The translations under genes were made by a program, and so were the position numbers. Under the pieces are notes generated by a model. It saw nothing but the letters and a program-made list of their open reading frames with translations, searched no databases and had not been told where the DNA came from. A stretch of DNA of 59,657 nucleotides, filler included, from Sphacelaria rigidula (taxonomy: Eukaryota), in the NCBI GenBank assembly GCA_964200075.2. It is 5 parts of 5 records of this genome, joined end to end, with 100 filler letters (N's around TTAATTAATTAA, not from the genome) between each part and the next. Parts side by side here need not be neighbours in the genome. Positions count along the whole stretch, not along the records: positions 47,809 to 59,657 come from CAXNAA020004424.1; 4 more parts are not named here. One strand, 5' to 3'. Shown here piece by piece: positions 47,875-59,657 of the stretch (its first letter is position 1; every line of letters begins with the position of its first letter).

Positions 47875-50199
47875 TCACCTCGTGATCAGACCACGACACC
47901 AGTCTTCGGCGAGTATTGTGCTCCTTAGTTCCTTGAACCATTGTACGGCGGACTGCTTCAAGCCATAAATAGCCTTATCCACCTTGACCACCCTCTTGTC
48001 GGGCAACTGTAGCCAAACGTCTTCCAGGAGCGGCGAATTCAGATATGCCTGCGTGAAATCCAGCATTCCGACCCTCCGTTTGCGCAGAGCAGCTGTCGCC
48101 AGGACAGTGCGCATGACGTCAAAGCCTACGGCCGGGCTGGACGTTTCGAATAAGTCGATTCCCTTGCGCTGAGTGAACCCGCGAGCCACGACTCGGGCCT
48201 TATATCTCTTTACTGCTCCATCGGCCGTGCGCTTGATCTGATATATAAATCGCGTCTTGACTGGTGTCTTGTCGTGCGGTAGAGGCTCTTCGGTGAACGT
48301 CCCTTGACCCCAGAGACCTTCCATTTCATCTTCCATAGCCACGTTCCATCAGTCGGCGTCGGGCCCTGCCAGGGCTTCCGTTGTGGTCGAGGGTTCTTGT
48401 GGTCCTGTGGAAATTTCGCCGACCAATCCGAGCATACAGAATGCGTGTTCATCTTGATTTTGTAGAAGGGCGGCGAGGAAATTTCCGTCGTCGGAACTGC
48501 TGCCGTCAGAACTCCCAATGCGTTGCTGTGCGTTGTCCCCTCGATGCCGTTGCGCTAGTCGACTGGACCTGCGCAGTCCACTATCCGGAGAAGAGCGCTT
48601 CGATGATGGCGGGTCCTGAGGTGGCTGTTCACCCGGGCCATCATCGCCGTCGATTGGCGCTGCTTTCTCTTCTTCGGATGGTTCGCCCTCGTCATCACTG
48701 AGTTCGACCGCCTTCAGCTCCCCCACGATTTCTAGGATCTTGGCGTCTGATTCAAACGTGATGTGTGAAGACTTGACGAGCTTTGATTCCTGTATCAGCC
48801 ATACATACCAGTAGAGAGAATGCCGATCGTGCCCCACGAAGATGCCCCGCTTCGCATATGGGTGGAACTTTACAGCGGCGTCGCGTTGCTGCTTGTGCTG
48901 ATGCACGAAACACTCCGATCCCCAAGTACGAAGCCGGTCGTAGTTGAAATGCTTTCCTGTCAGTCTCTCACATGGGGTCTCGCCCGGAGGTACTCGTGGG
49001 GCATTCCTGCGGTCTTGAATGCCGCGTCCGCCACAGCAAAGAACCAGTAGTCCTCTCCGCGTCCCGCTTTCACCAGTTAGCTGCGTGCTGTCCTCATCAG
49101 TAGTTGTTGAATTACACGTTTAGCAATCCCATTACTCTGCGGCGTCCTTGGCGGTGAGTTGCGCCATTTGATGCCGCGATTGGTCAGCATGCGTTGAAAT
49201 TTGACTGCCGTCCAAGTTCCCCAGCGCCGTCTCCGCTGATGCATTTAATTACCACTCCCTCACGAGCCATTTCGTCGATGTAGGCTCCCGTGGCGTCAGC
49301 GGCCGCATCTCGTGTCTTGAGTCCAACAACGTGCTTGTCTCGACTGGCCTCGTCCACGAAAACCTGAAAGTATTTCATGCCCGTGACATCGGCGTGGAAA
49401 GGGCCTTCAAGATCAGTGCGCACAACTTCACCTCATGCTTTGCGACTCCTGCCGCCGCGGCCGTAGCTGAGCGCCTCGGACTTGCCTTACTTGCAGACGC
49501 TACAGCGCATCTCGGACGCCACCGTGGTATCAGTGACATCGATCAGTCCACGCTTCTCGAGGTGTTTTATGGCAGCTGGATCGATGTGTCCCCAGGTGTC
49601 GTGCTACCCCTTCAATGTGAGTCGCTGCTTCTTGTTTGCGAACAAAGCCTGCACCTATACCGCGTGTTCGCCATCCCCCTGCAGCGATGCCGACAGTGTC
49701 AGGAACCCTCTATTCTCGGCTAGGGGGATCTTCGGTCCATCCTTTCTGAACCGAAGGTAGCTCTGCTTCCTGCCGGAATCCACGAATTCTCCTCCGTCAC
49801 GCCGAATCGTTCCGGTACTCAGCAGCCGGCAAGGTAGTCCAGGGACCCAAAGTACGTCCTTCAGTGTGACCTTTGCCGGAGCCACCTTGCCCCGAGCATC
49901 TACGTGCAACGACATCTCTCCCATTGCCAGTGTCTGCAGTTGTCCCTTGTTCCCAAATGTACAGCTTCGATTGACCGTACGTGTATTTCTGAGATCCTGT
50001 TTCCAGGGAGTCATGTGGACATTCGCTCCCGAGTCGCAGAGAATCGACACCTCTGTGTCACTGTTGGTCGACGTGCACATGGATACTACTCGCTCATCTT
50101 CGACTACCACGTTCATCGTCATGAATGCCTGCGGTCTGTCCTTCCTCCCATTACTTCTGCCGTTTTGTGGAGGGGGTGGGAACGTTCGTGCGGGGCTCA
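47875..50199 (-). pseudogene. Copia pol (protease, integrase, reverse transcriptase), frameshifted and with stops
   Basis: ORFs 49655-50275, 49184-49423, 48349-48906 and 47875-48342. Confidence 0.88.
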
Positions 50200-51004
50200 T
50201 CCCCGGCGGTCGTTTAGCTGGATGTTTGCCGTTAAGGTAGGAGCGACACTCCCGCCACCTATGATTTCGCTTCAAACAGTAGGTTCATTGATTTCTATCG
50301 AGCCCCGAATCGGTTTTGTTGCTGTCGGTTCTCGATTGGAACGTTACTGCCTCGTCGCGGCGTTCCATGTCAGACGTTAGATATGCTGATGAAGCTACGA
50401 CGGCCCGTTTTAGCTCATCGTACGTCATACCTGGCTGGGTTGTTAGCTGGATGAATACTTGTGGAAGCGCCTCCTTGATCCCGAGCAAAAGGGCTGCCCT
50501 TTTAGTCTCGTCGGCTTTGGCGTTTCCCAGCGCTTCTCATTCCCCCCAGATGGTGTCCAGCTTCACCATGAAATCTGCTGGTTCTTTTGCAGAATTGCGT
50601 TGGAGATCTCGTAGTCTTCGTTCCAATGCAAGTAGTTGCACAGGCCGCTCGTCCTGTGCACGTCCTCTGTAAATGCGTTCCATCTCCAGCCAGGCTTCCC
50701 TACCATCAGGGTTGCCGCCGTGCGCGCATCGTGCGACGATGGCTGCGGCTGACCCTTTCGTAGCCTGTGCCAGGAGGAACCATAGGGACTGTGTATCACG
50801 TTGGTGCGTTTCGTACGCCCTACGCTGATCAAGTGTCGTCGTGGGTGTCGGAACGGCTGGTGTGGTGTAATCCGGTCGCAGCAGGGGGTATAGTCCCTTT
50901 TTCCCTGCGTATCCAACGATTGGAAGTCTCCATGCGTGCCATGTTTCTCGCAAGTGCCCGCGAGCGCCCGTCCAGACTGGCAACTTGCGTGGGTCTGCCT
51001 CCAT
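50200..51004 (-). pseudogene. Copia gag (interrupted by stops)
   Basis: DGREAWLEMERIY copia-gag motif and a damaged CCHC knuckle (*TYCLKRNHRWREC). Confidence 0.8.
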
Positions 51005-51529
51005 ACTCCTCGAGGCTCACGAACCTGTGCACTTGTGAGGTGTTGTTTGGTGTGGCCGTGGCGCGTCTCCTCGCAGTGCACCGTTTTATAGCGGAGCAAG
51101 GCAATTGTCACGAGAGATCTTGATGGGTTGAGCAGACAACGTACCCGAGTGGGGCGCTGCATCGCCATGCTTTTCATTCTTCATTCAGACGTCACCCGCT
51201 GGTGTACAGCTCTATCTGAACCTTTGCTCTCTGAATCTCAGCCCGTAACCCCGACTATAGAGCTTACAATATAGAGCCGCGGAGCCGTTCTATCTAGACT
51301 GAGCACTGGCTACAGTACTGGTTCCCGGACCGTTCCTGTTTGTATTTCGTACTGAATCGCACTGGTTCCTACCAGGCTGGTTGATTACATGCCTGCGAAT
51401 CCACGTATGAGATCTATGTCCAACACACAATCTGCACAGATGATACCACTCATCGCAATATTCCTCTCATTATGCACAGTTGCAGAATCAGCAAGGTAGT
51501 TTCTTATTGTACCTCGTACAAAAATTGTT

Positions 51530-51602
51530 TTTGCTGCTCCTGACCACGGACTGGATTGTTACAATCAGCTAATGTGAGATAATCGATCGATCAATCAATC
51601 AT
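51530..51602 (+). mobile_element. Retroposon 3' end with an (ATCA)n tail
   Basis: Matches 42293-42352. Confidence 0.7.
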
Positions 51603-52179
51603 ATCATGGATCCCGAAAACTGTTTGTTTTTTCCGATTCACACGTTGAATGCGAGTGTAGCGTATGAACCCGCCGCAATGCCAACGACAGTCATGGTGTT
51701 TTATTTTTTGTGTTGGATTCTAGATCCAACGGCTGACTCCTCGGAATGTCAACCCTTTCACCGCCAGGTTTGATAATCTGGGTGACGCAGTAGCTTTTGG
51801 AGTTAACATGGTGGCAATTCCATATAAGGACATCTGAGGCGTGTGACGACAGCAGGTTGCTAGTACTGCAGCGTCTAATGCTGTGGAGGGACTCCCCACT
51901 TCTACTGGCCCCAGGTTTCAGTTGTCAGCCTTTACAACATCTCATTATTCAGGAGTAAACAGCTGCAGCCCGTACCGTCAGGCCTGGGCTACGCAGCAAG
52001 GGCCATCATCCACAGGATGCCCTTGTCCCCTGATCACCATCCAGGATCCACTCTATACTCAACGTGACGGCGTCATTCCGTCACAGCACCCGCAAAGCGC
52101 GTTGGACGAGAATCGAGCAACAAGCTTGACACTCAGAAAACTGACGCCAAAACGATTGAGCAAGTCACAACTGAATCCA

Positions 52180-55100
52180 ACTATCGGCGTACGATCATAA
52201 CGACGTCGATACACTGTATTGAGCGCCCATTGCACCGGCGGCAACACGCCCACCCGCTTGGAAACCGCTCTACGATGCTCGAGAAGAACAGAGCGAAGAG
52301 CACGAACTCCTTCCTTGACCATCCGCTCGCACGTACCGTTGGACCTCGGAGAATACGCTACCGCAAACTGGTGATCATCGCGCAAAGCCTCGCGCAATCG
52401 GGCCAAGAGCGCATTCTTGAAACGCGTGTTGGTATCACTCACCCACACACGGGGCACCCCCAAAGTTTTGCACCATTTCAACGAAGACGCAGCAGTCGAT
52501 TCAGCAGTGCACACTGCTACTGGTTCCAGAGCCACAAAGTTGCTCAAATCATCCATGATTCCCGAAATATATCGAAATTCCGCATCCTCCGACAAACGTT
52601 GGGAAGCTAGCGGGCCACTCTCGCCCACCTACAAGAAGTCAAAATGAATGACTTCATTCAGCGTGGTCCCATGGACCGTTTCACCGAGCGGACGGGGAAC
52701 AACATCGCCCGCCCTCGAGTCAGCACAATGAAGACACTGGCGAACAGATTGGCGCACATGAGTTTCTATCCCCTGCCAGACACAAAATTCTTGCAAGCGC
52801 ACGAGCGTCGTAGCCACACCACGATGCCCGGCGTCGCGCATGTGCGCGCAAATCATCAGACGCCCCGCAACTGCTTGTCAGAACTCGGAATCCACAAAAC
52901 GTTTCGGCCACGCACATGCACACGAAACAGACCTTCATTGTCCAAGATAGCAGGACCAACGTCCGACTCGAAAGATTGCACATCCGCCTCTTCGGCCCCA
53001 AGGTCTTTTCGTTGCGCTTGGCGGACAACAGATTTGGACGGCATCGAGTCATCAGGTTCACACGGACCATACACAGCCACAGCGCGCGCAGGCAAACTGG
53101 GAATATTCACCCAGCGCGACAGCAAGTCACCCCACGCGTTACGCTACTGGCCTAACACACCTTTCCACCCCTCCAATCGCTGTGCCAACGCCTTCGACAC
53201 AGACGTCACGCATGCCTCCGGGTTGAAAATGTACGCTAGATTTCGATGATCCATGAAAATGTGCACGCCATTTCACAATAAATGCTCGAGACGACGAAAA
53301 ATGCTCACGATAGCAAAACCTTCCTTGTCAATGGTTGCCCAACGCATCTGTGAACCCTTGAAACTACCACTAAGAAAAGCCAGCGGTTCGTGCGTCATGT
53401 CTTCAACCAGCAACCGTTGTTGCATTTCTCCACCAGGCACCTGCGTTATAAAACTACCACAATGACGCTCGGATGCATCCGGAAACATCAGCACCTGGCA
53501 ACCGGGGCGGGGATGGAACAGCGTCACGGCATGAGCCACGGGATCCTTCGCTTCCGCCCATGCCTTCAGCCTGTCCTCCGTCCACGATGCGGGCGGAATA
53601 ACGCGGTTTTTGGCCACCCACTTCGTGCGCCTTGCAGCCCCCACCATGAGGTCTTCTAGGAAACCGCGCAAGGGTGCCACGAAGCATCGCGCACTCAACA
53701 GGTCTATCATGTCGGATTCCTGATTGGGCATGACACCCGGCGACTTCTCCACCTGATCATTGACGGCTTCGTAATCGCTGACAAGACGGAAAGAGTCCTT
53801 CTTCAGCACCGCCATCGCTGGACTAGACCACACAACCTGTAGATTCCTGAACACCAACCCAAACGCCACAAGAGCTCCCATGGAAGAACCTAACCAACTG
53901 GACTTTACCGGATCATACCTCCTCGGTTTTGCCTTCACCGCGGCCGCCCCTGGCTTCAGTGTAACCCTCATGGGTTCCACGCGCGCAGGGGGATCACCTA
54001 TCAGCGCACGACGAAACGCGTTAACGTGGCAATACAATATGCCACGCAAGCGCTCCGCCTTCGAGACCTTGCGGCCATTTGCCACAGCATCCGTCACACT
54101 TTCCTCCAGCGCAGTCATTCGCGCGGACTGCTCTTCTGCCGGCTTCATAAACATATTGGGGCCACGCTCTACTAAGTGTTCCACCGCCTCATCACGCTCC
54201 TCGGACACCTGCCCCCCCGCCTCCTGGAGAGCATCAACCAACAAGCTCACTCTGCGGCTGGTCAAAAAGGTAGGCGTCTCGACACTCGAACCGGGCGACG
54301 GCATTCGGGTTTTTAGGGACTTTAACAGCCGATCATACAGATCCACTCCGAGTCCCCGAGGGGTTGGTAAGCCCAACAGAACGACACCATCCATCCCCGG
54401 CATGATCGCAAAGGATATCGGGGGTAATTTCGCTGGCCCCCAGGTAGTCCTGAACGCCAACTGTAGGGGAACCGTACGTTCCGTGACGTTTATACGTTGC
54501 CCCAATGCGGTGATGGCCTGCCGCGCCCCGAGCGAAAACGGAATGCGGATTTGCTCACCAGGGAGTAGACGCTCCAGCATCTTCACAATCAGCACCGACA
54601 CGCTCGTGAAATGGGCGCCTGAATCCAACACAGCGTTGACCAAGATGTCTCCCCGCGCCCGTTGACTTGGGAGATATAACTCTGCAAGATTTTGTTTTTT
54701 TATCCTCGACCGGCACCTCCTCCGCCGACTGGTTTGTCGTTATGCCCACTTGGCGCGACGGCTACGCCTGCGGCGCAGGCATAGACGTCCCCGCTGGGGT
54801 CACCGGCACCGCCGGTGGGTACCAAGCCCCGCTCGCAGAACCGAATTGCAGCGGCACTCCGGCCGACGCAGCAGCGGATCCAAATTTCAGCTGAAATCCG
54901 GCCGGCTCAGCAGCAGGCGTCTCGCCTTGCTCTGCTGCCGGCGGCGCCGGCACCGAACCCGACACTGGATTGGTCGGTCCCACCTGCACCGCCCCTTGCG
55001 GAGCAGCAGCCCCTGCGGCCGAGCCGGACCCAGAACCGGACCCCTGCTGACGCCGCTACCCCTGCTGCTGCTGCTGGGAACTCGACTGCACACCTCCACC

Positions 55101-56410
55101 GCTGGAGGATCCGCCTCCGCCACCACCCCGAATACCTTTTCCTCCTTTGTGATTGCGAGGGCGCGCGGCACTCGTCTGCCCAGACTCCTCCTCGGAAGGC
55201 GTTGAGCACTTGCGTGCGTAGTGGCCTACCTGGCCACACTGAAAGCAAGTGATATTGGCGGCGGCACTGCCTGCGGATTTTGATCCGCGGTTACGCGAGC
55301 TCGAAGACTGCGGCGACGAAGTGAACGATTTGCCGAATACTTCAATCTTCCGCCATGGCTGAGCCTCAGCTACCACGGTATCCATAACTATGTGCGGGTC
55401 TGACTTCCGATTGATTTTGTGCTGTAACTGCACAAGCACGGCCTGTTTGAATTCCGCCGGTGTCAGACCCTCCACCATCGCTTTCGTGATCACCGCAGCG
55501 GGCCCTGGATGGAATTCCCCATCGGAGGAACGATAAACCATCTCGACGTTGGTGTTTTCCGAAAAACATGTCTCCAACTTTCCCATGATTGGGTCCGCCC
55601 TCTCACGCGTGGTCTTTCCCTTGTGGTACATGACGACAGCCTTCGCCACGGCCGCGGATGCCTGTGTTAGCTCTACCTCAGCGCCCGCCGCATGCCCTGC
55701 ATGCTTCTTGATCACTGCAGCCAATTGCAGCGGTGCTATTGTGTTTTTCTCATGGAATATTCTCGCAAAGACGCGTCGGAAGGGGGTAGGCACGAGTTGC
55801 GCCATGGAAACCACCTGATGCCTGACCGCACCTCCCGCATTCGAATGCTCCACCCTCTTCTTGTTTTCCACGTATTTCGTATAAAACGAACGAGAAGCAC
55901 ACTCAAAATACAAATTCCCGTAACTGGGAGGCCGCAACTCATCTCGCAGAACAACTGGGGTAACGGTCGTCTCTGGTGGCTCTTCGGTCGGTACCTCTAT
56001 AGTTGAAATTTCCAAGCGGACCTCATCGAAGGCTTCTGAACCTTCTCTAACTCCACAATTCACGCCTGCCTTCGTTGCTGCACCACACAGCCGTGGGATC
56101 CTATAAACTCCCGCTGCACGCAGCTCCAGCAAGCCTCCAGTCTGGATCAATCACGGGCCAGCCGCCTTTGCAGCTACCTCAGCTTGAACCCTCCTCACGC
56201 GACCGTGAAGAAATATGTCCGAAGCTGTCCAGACTCCTCTTTACTGAAAAATTCCCAGCACTACTAGCACGACTAGCACTATCACTGATATCGATATTGT
56301 GATGGGAAAGTGTCCGCTTTGGGTCCGTTCAAACGTTCGAAAATAGTGTCGAACAGCACTATGAAACTTTCCTGGCATTGGCATCTGCCAATCAGTACAG
56401 TACCATCACA
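52180..56410 (-). mobile_element. Ty3/gypsy LTR retrotransposon, decayed and internally deleted
   Basis: gag ORF 55056-56150 with CFQCGQVGHYARKC; protease VLDSGA; start of RT (WSSPAMAVLKKDSFRLVSDY); RNase H (FPDAS...WATIDKEGFAIV); integrase H2C2 (AH...GHRG...CLHC) and core (VSD, YSPRSNGTCERM). Putative 113-bp LTR TGTGATGG...CCATCACA at 56298-56410. Confidence 0.92.
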
Positions 56411-57519
56411 CGAATCGACAACTTAACGTTCTTATTAGAAACCAATGGGTATCATACTGTTTGCAGGTAGGAAGACGGGCATTTTCATAGACGAGAAACT
56501 CTGTGCTCCCCCGTGGGCGTTACATGCGGTCCCAAAACTGTGCTGTCCTTCTTACAAACCTGACGGGCGAACGGGGAAGCCGAAGTCTCTCGGGTAAGGA
56601 AAGTCATTTCAACTATGTCGACGTACTTTGAAAAAACGAAATCTCTCGTTTCCAAAGGAGTTCCGAATTTGCGTACATGATAACATGTTACATTGCCCAG
56701 TGTGACCTCTATAGGCAGACGCTCTGCAGATGGGAGGCAGTCAGTAGAGTAGACCAACGAAAGCTCCAGATCACAGCTGACGCACCCCTCTGCACGATGC
56801 TAGCAACAGTTAGGTCACCACGATATATATCGTGCTTCACTCTGCATGTCAAGAAAGTCTTCACAAGTGTTTTATCTCTCGCGCACTCCCCTCAACTGGC
56901 GTATGGTCAAGCGCCCGGTCGAGGGTGGGGGAAAATCGACGATGAATAACACCCTCTAAGTTCATATTGGATCTATCTGGTTTCGCCGCAGCACCGTCCT
57001 TGCGGGCATGTGTGTGACAGAGAACAGTAGTAGTAGCGGTGACGGGAATATTACCCGTTTTTTCAAGGACATTTTTTAAGCGCGTAGAGGCGCGTGCAGT
57101 CCAAAAAGAGAGCCAGAGAGAAATTGATCTTCGCATCGGTGAGGTGCTCAGGCAAGACGAAGAGGCGAAATCTCTCCGCAGCTCGGTCTTTAGGCACAAC
57201 ATGAAAAATTGGGTACATGCTGGTAACACCGATGATGCCAGTCTCTCGAGCGATTGGTGATAGCCTAGCGAGGACACACAAAGGACACGGGCGAGGAGCT
57301 TCGTCTCTGTCGTTTCTCCTCTCTCTGGTGATATCGTCATCGACACGCGTGTACACCGCATTGGTTGGGTGCACCTAGCCCGAACTGCCCAACTCCTCCT
57401 GCGGAGTTTTGGGGGGAAAGACTTTCCTTCTGTGTTACTGTTTGGTATTTTCCCAACGAAAACGATTTGCGGGTTGAACCTCATTTTTAAGTTCAATCCC
57501 AAAATGAGGATCCGCTGTT

Positions 57520-59047
57520 TAGAGGTGTTCACCAAAACAAATGGGTTATAACCGGTTTTCGGAAACCCCAAAAGGCGTGAACCGGTTACTGTTATGATAA
57601 AAAAAAAACGGAGTTTTGTTTTAGCCGGTTAAACCGGTTCACCGGGAAACCGGTTTAACCGGCAAATGGAGGCGTTATATGCCGGTTAAACCGGTTGTTC
57701 CGGTGAACCGGTTTAACCGGTTCAATCGCGATGTGATGTTGGTGTTTCTTCCGGACAAAATTTCATGCGATGTCTTGTCGGCTATCGCTCTTGTTCGATT
57801 ACTGCGTCATCGTTAACTCTGTGGGGCGAAATTGCCCAGGGAAAGGGTGCATTTGCGTGGTTCGGCGTGGTTTGCAGCGTCTAGTGCGGGTTTGCCGTTG
57901 TCCGCTGTTTTGTCGTTTTTCGACTCAGGAGCGGTACGCTTTTTCTGCAGCGTTGAGGAATGGCATGGCCTGTGCTCCTCCCTCGTACTGTTGGGCATCG
58001 GGTTGCAGGGGCGGGCGGGGTGTGAGGTGCATACAGTACTGGGCGCCTGAACTGTTCAGGGTTGTTTTGGGGGTATTCTCGCGTACTACCCTTCCATAAA
58101 GCTCTAGAGTGCTGGCGTCGGTAGATTTGGGTAAAATGAGCGGATAATCCTAAAACAAACAGTGCCCAAGTAGTGTTACGTAGTGTTGTCGGGCGATATG
58201 AGCAAATACCACATTTATAAGGAGGATATTATTGACCGTGAAACACAGTTATTCGGCTCTGGTGCAGTGAGTAGGTAGAATTCCCAAAACATAAAACTGT
58301 ACATTTCTTTACAACAACGATCGGGACAGGCCCGATCGACCTAAAGTTCCAAAGAATCAGAATATGTGCTGAAAAATTGCAGGACCCCCGATGTCCGGTC
58401 AGCCCGTAAGTCACCCAATGTTGAGTACAGATGATTTTTGTTTTCATTGAATGTGGAGTGGACATAAGTATATTCAAATCTTTAATGTGATGGGCGGTGA
58501 CAAGCGGAAGAGCCCGAGAAAATCGCCGATGACGAAGAAATTAGAAACAGAACGGTTCAGGTTCCCACTACTGTCTACTACTCCGGAGTATAGTTCTATT
58601 TTTTATGTTTGACACCCTGTGTTTGGTAGGGATAGGTGCAAGATTTGAACAACAGCTGTTCACATAATCACGAACACCATTTCCTATTTCGCGCAAAACT
58701 CTTTGTCACCAGTCTTCAGTCACTGTGCTGTTAAGTTCGACAGTTTTTGCACGGGTGCGGAGTGCGGAGTGCGGAGGTGTGAGATTGAACCTTACCGTTA
58801 CCGGCTATGGGTGTGTTCGAGAGTATCCATCACCCACCACACACGAAACATACGACAACAACGCCGAATTCACCTGCGTTTCAATAATTTGGAGGCGTTT
58901 TCCCTTGCTTATCCGGTTAAACCGGTTTTCCGGTTTTCCGGTTAAGCCGGCTGAAAAAAACGTTTTAACCGGTTTTTGGTTTTTCAAAGCAACGCCTCCT
59001 CATCCGATGGCCGGTTTTTCGATTTTCCTATCCGGTGAATACCTCTA
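57520..59047. mobile_element. Non-autonomous hAT-like element with AACCGG subterminal arrays, containing MITE F
   Basis: TIRs TAGAGGT(G/A)TTCACC; dense AACCGG/CCGGTT repeats at both ends; TSD not evident. Confidence 0.7.
58034..58573. mobile_element. MITE family F copy
   Basis: Colinear with 28513-29061; TA|CAGTA...TACTG ends. Confidence 0.8.
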
Positions 59048-59130
59048 TTTCCCACGTCGCAAATCATGCACAGCATGGATGGTGTTTCCAGACTGTGATG
59101 CCTTCCTTCACGGTCGTGGTAGAATGTTCA

Positions 59131-59583
59131 TGTGACAGGTACACTGAGTGAACATGCACACGTACGGATAGATTAATGCACGTGCGGATAGATTAATGCG
59201 AACGTGCGGGTACTGGTAGTCGAATGTGTGTGACTACAGCACCTCGCTCACGGCAGCTACGATGCTGCCTGCTGAGCCCACTCAACATCTGATCCCTCAG
59301 TCATAGGGTCGACTCAGTCCAGGCAATCTCCGAATAATACAAAAGATAAAATTATCTATCCTTCGCCACGGGCCACGGAATACACTAGTGTTACAACCGG
59401 TTGGGCAGAATGGCGGGACAAGGTGATAGGCCTGCTACAGTTAGGGGTGAGCAGGGTGTTACAGAGAAGTTGCAGGAAGTGTGTAGTCAGGTCAGTTCCT
59501 TGGCTCAGCTCATGCGTGATATGCAACTAAGCCAAGCTACATTACAGAGTAACATGGACTGTATGAGGGCAGAAAGAGAGGCC
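59131..59583 (+). mobile_element. Probable 5' LTR (59131-59395) and gag start of another LTR retrotransposon
   Basis: TGTGACA...TGTTACA ends, followed after 14 nt by ATG 59410 and a coiled-coil-like gag N-terminus (EKLQEVCSQVSSLAQLMRDMQ); interrupted by a family B insertion. Confidence 0.55.
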
Positions 59584-59657
59584 GGGGGCGTACTCATTTG
59601 TTGCTTGCCTTAGTCATTTGACCATTGACCACGCATCCCTTTCGAGACGGAGCACCG
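59584..59657 (-). mobile_element. LINE family B 3' end (runs off the window)
   Basis: GGGGGCGTACTCATTTGTTGCTTGCC... family B end. Confidence 0.88.

Larger units (their letters stand above)
47809..51425 (-). mobile_element. Ty1/copia LTR retrotransposon (decayed; 3' end lost at the gap)
   Basis: Domain order gag - zinc knuckle - protease (ILCDSGANVHM) - GAG-pre-integrase - integrase (TDLEGP, VFVDEASR, SGDGAGE) - RT (AMEDEM...RYKARVVARGFTQRKGID...DFTQAYLN...AIYGLKQS). Putative 5' LTR ~51253-51425 starts TGTTGG; several in-frame stops. Confidence 0.93.

Noticed and set aside
50200..50560. In-frame TGA codons in copia gag suggesting readthrough or recoding
   Set aside because: The element also has frameshifts and other lesions, so ordinary decay explains them.
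57039..57400. Protein-like + strand text including IVIDTRVHRIGW (EndoIII-like)
   Set aside because: Isolated short match with stops nearby and no HhH-GPD context.

Overview
Eukaryotic, intron-rich and transposon-rich genomic scaffold, most likely from a brown alga. This is an inference from the EsV-1-7 repeat gene, the long GT-AG introns and the types of transposable element present. Four 100-nt assembly gaps carry an artificial TTAATTAATTAA linker. Host genes assembled by hand from splice sites and reading phase: (i) two exons of a class C (GABA-B-like, 7tm_3) GPCR on the minus strand, 7029-8124; (ii) a 10-exon ankyrin-repeat protein with a TRP-channel-like pre-S1 segment, + strand, 14610-21811, whose 3' end was not found; (iii) an Ala/Gln/His low-complexity protein with EsV-1-7 Cys/His repeats, + strand, from 32640; (iv) a tentative small-exon gene of unknown function, minus strand, 38259-45880. 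Most of the remaining sequence is mobile DNA: degenerate CRE-like and DIRS/Ngaro-like retroelements, Ty1/copia and Ty3/gypsy LTR elements, a hAT element with TIRs and an 8-bp TSD, many MITEs and two tRNA-derived SINE families. The most unusual signals are a LINE family whose 8 copies all end at oligo(C) tracts and share a foldable 3' end, and a MITE carrying telomere-like (TTAGGG/TTACGG)n repeats. All calls were made by eye; no database searches were run.
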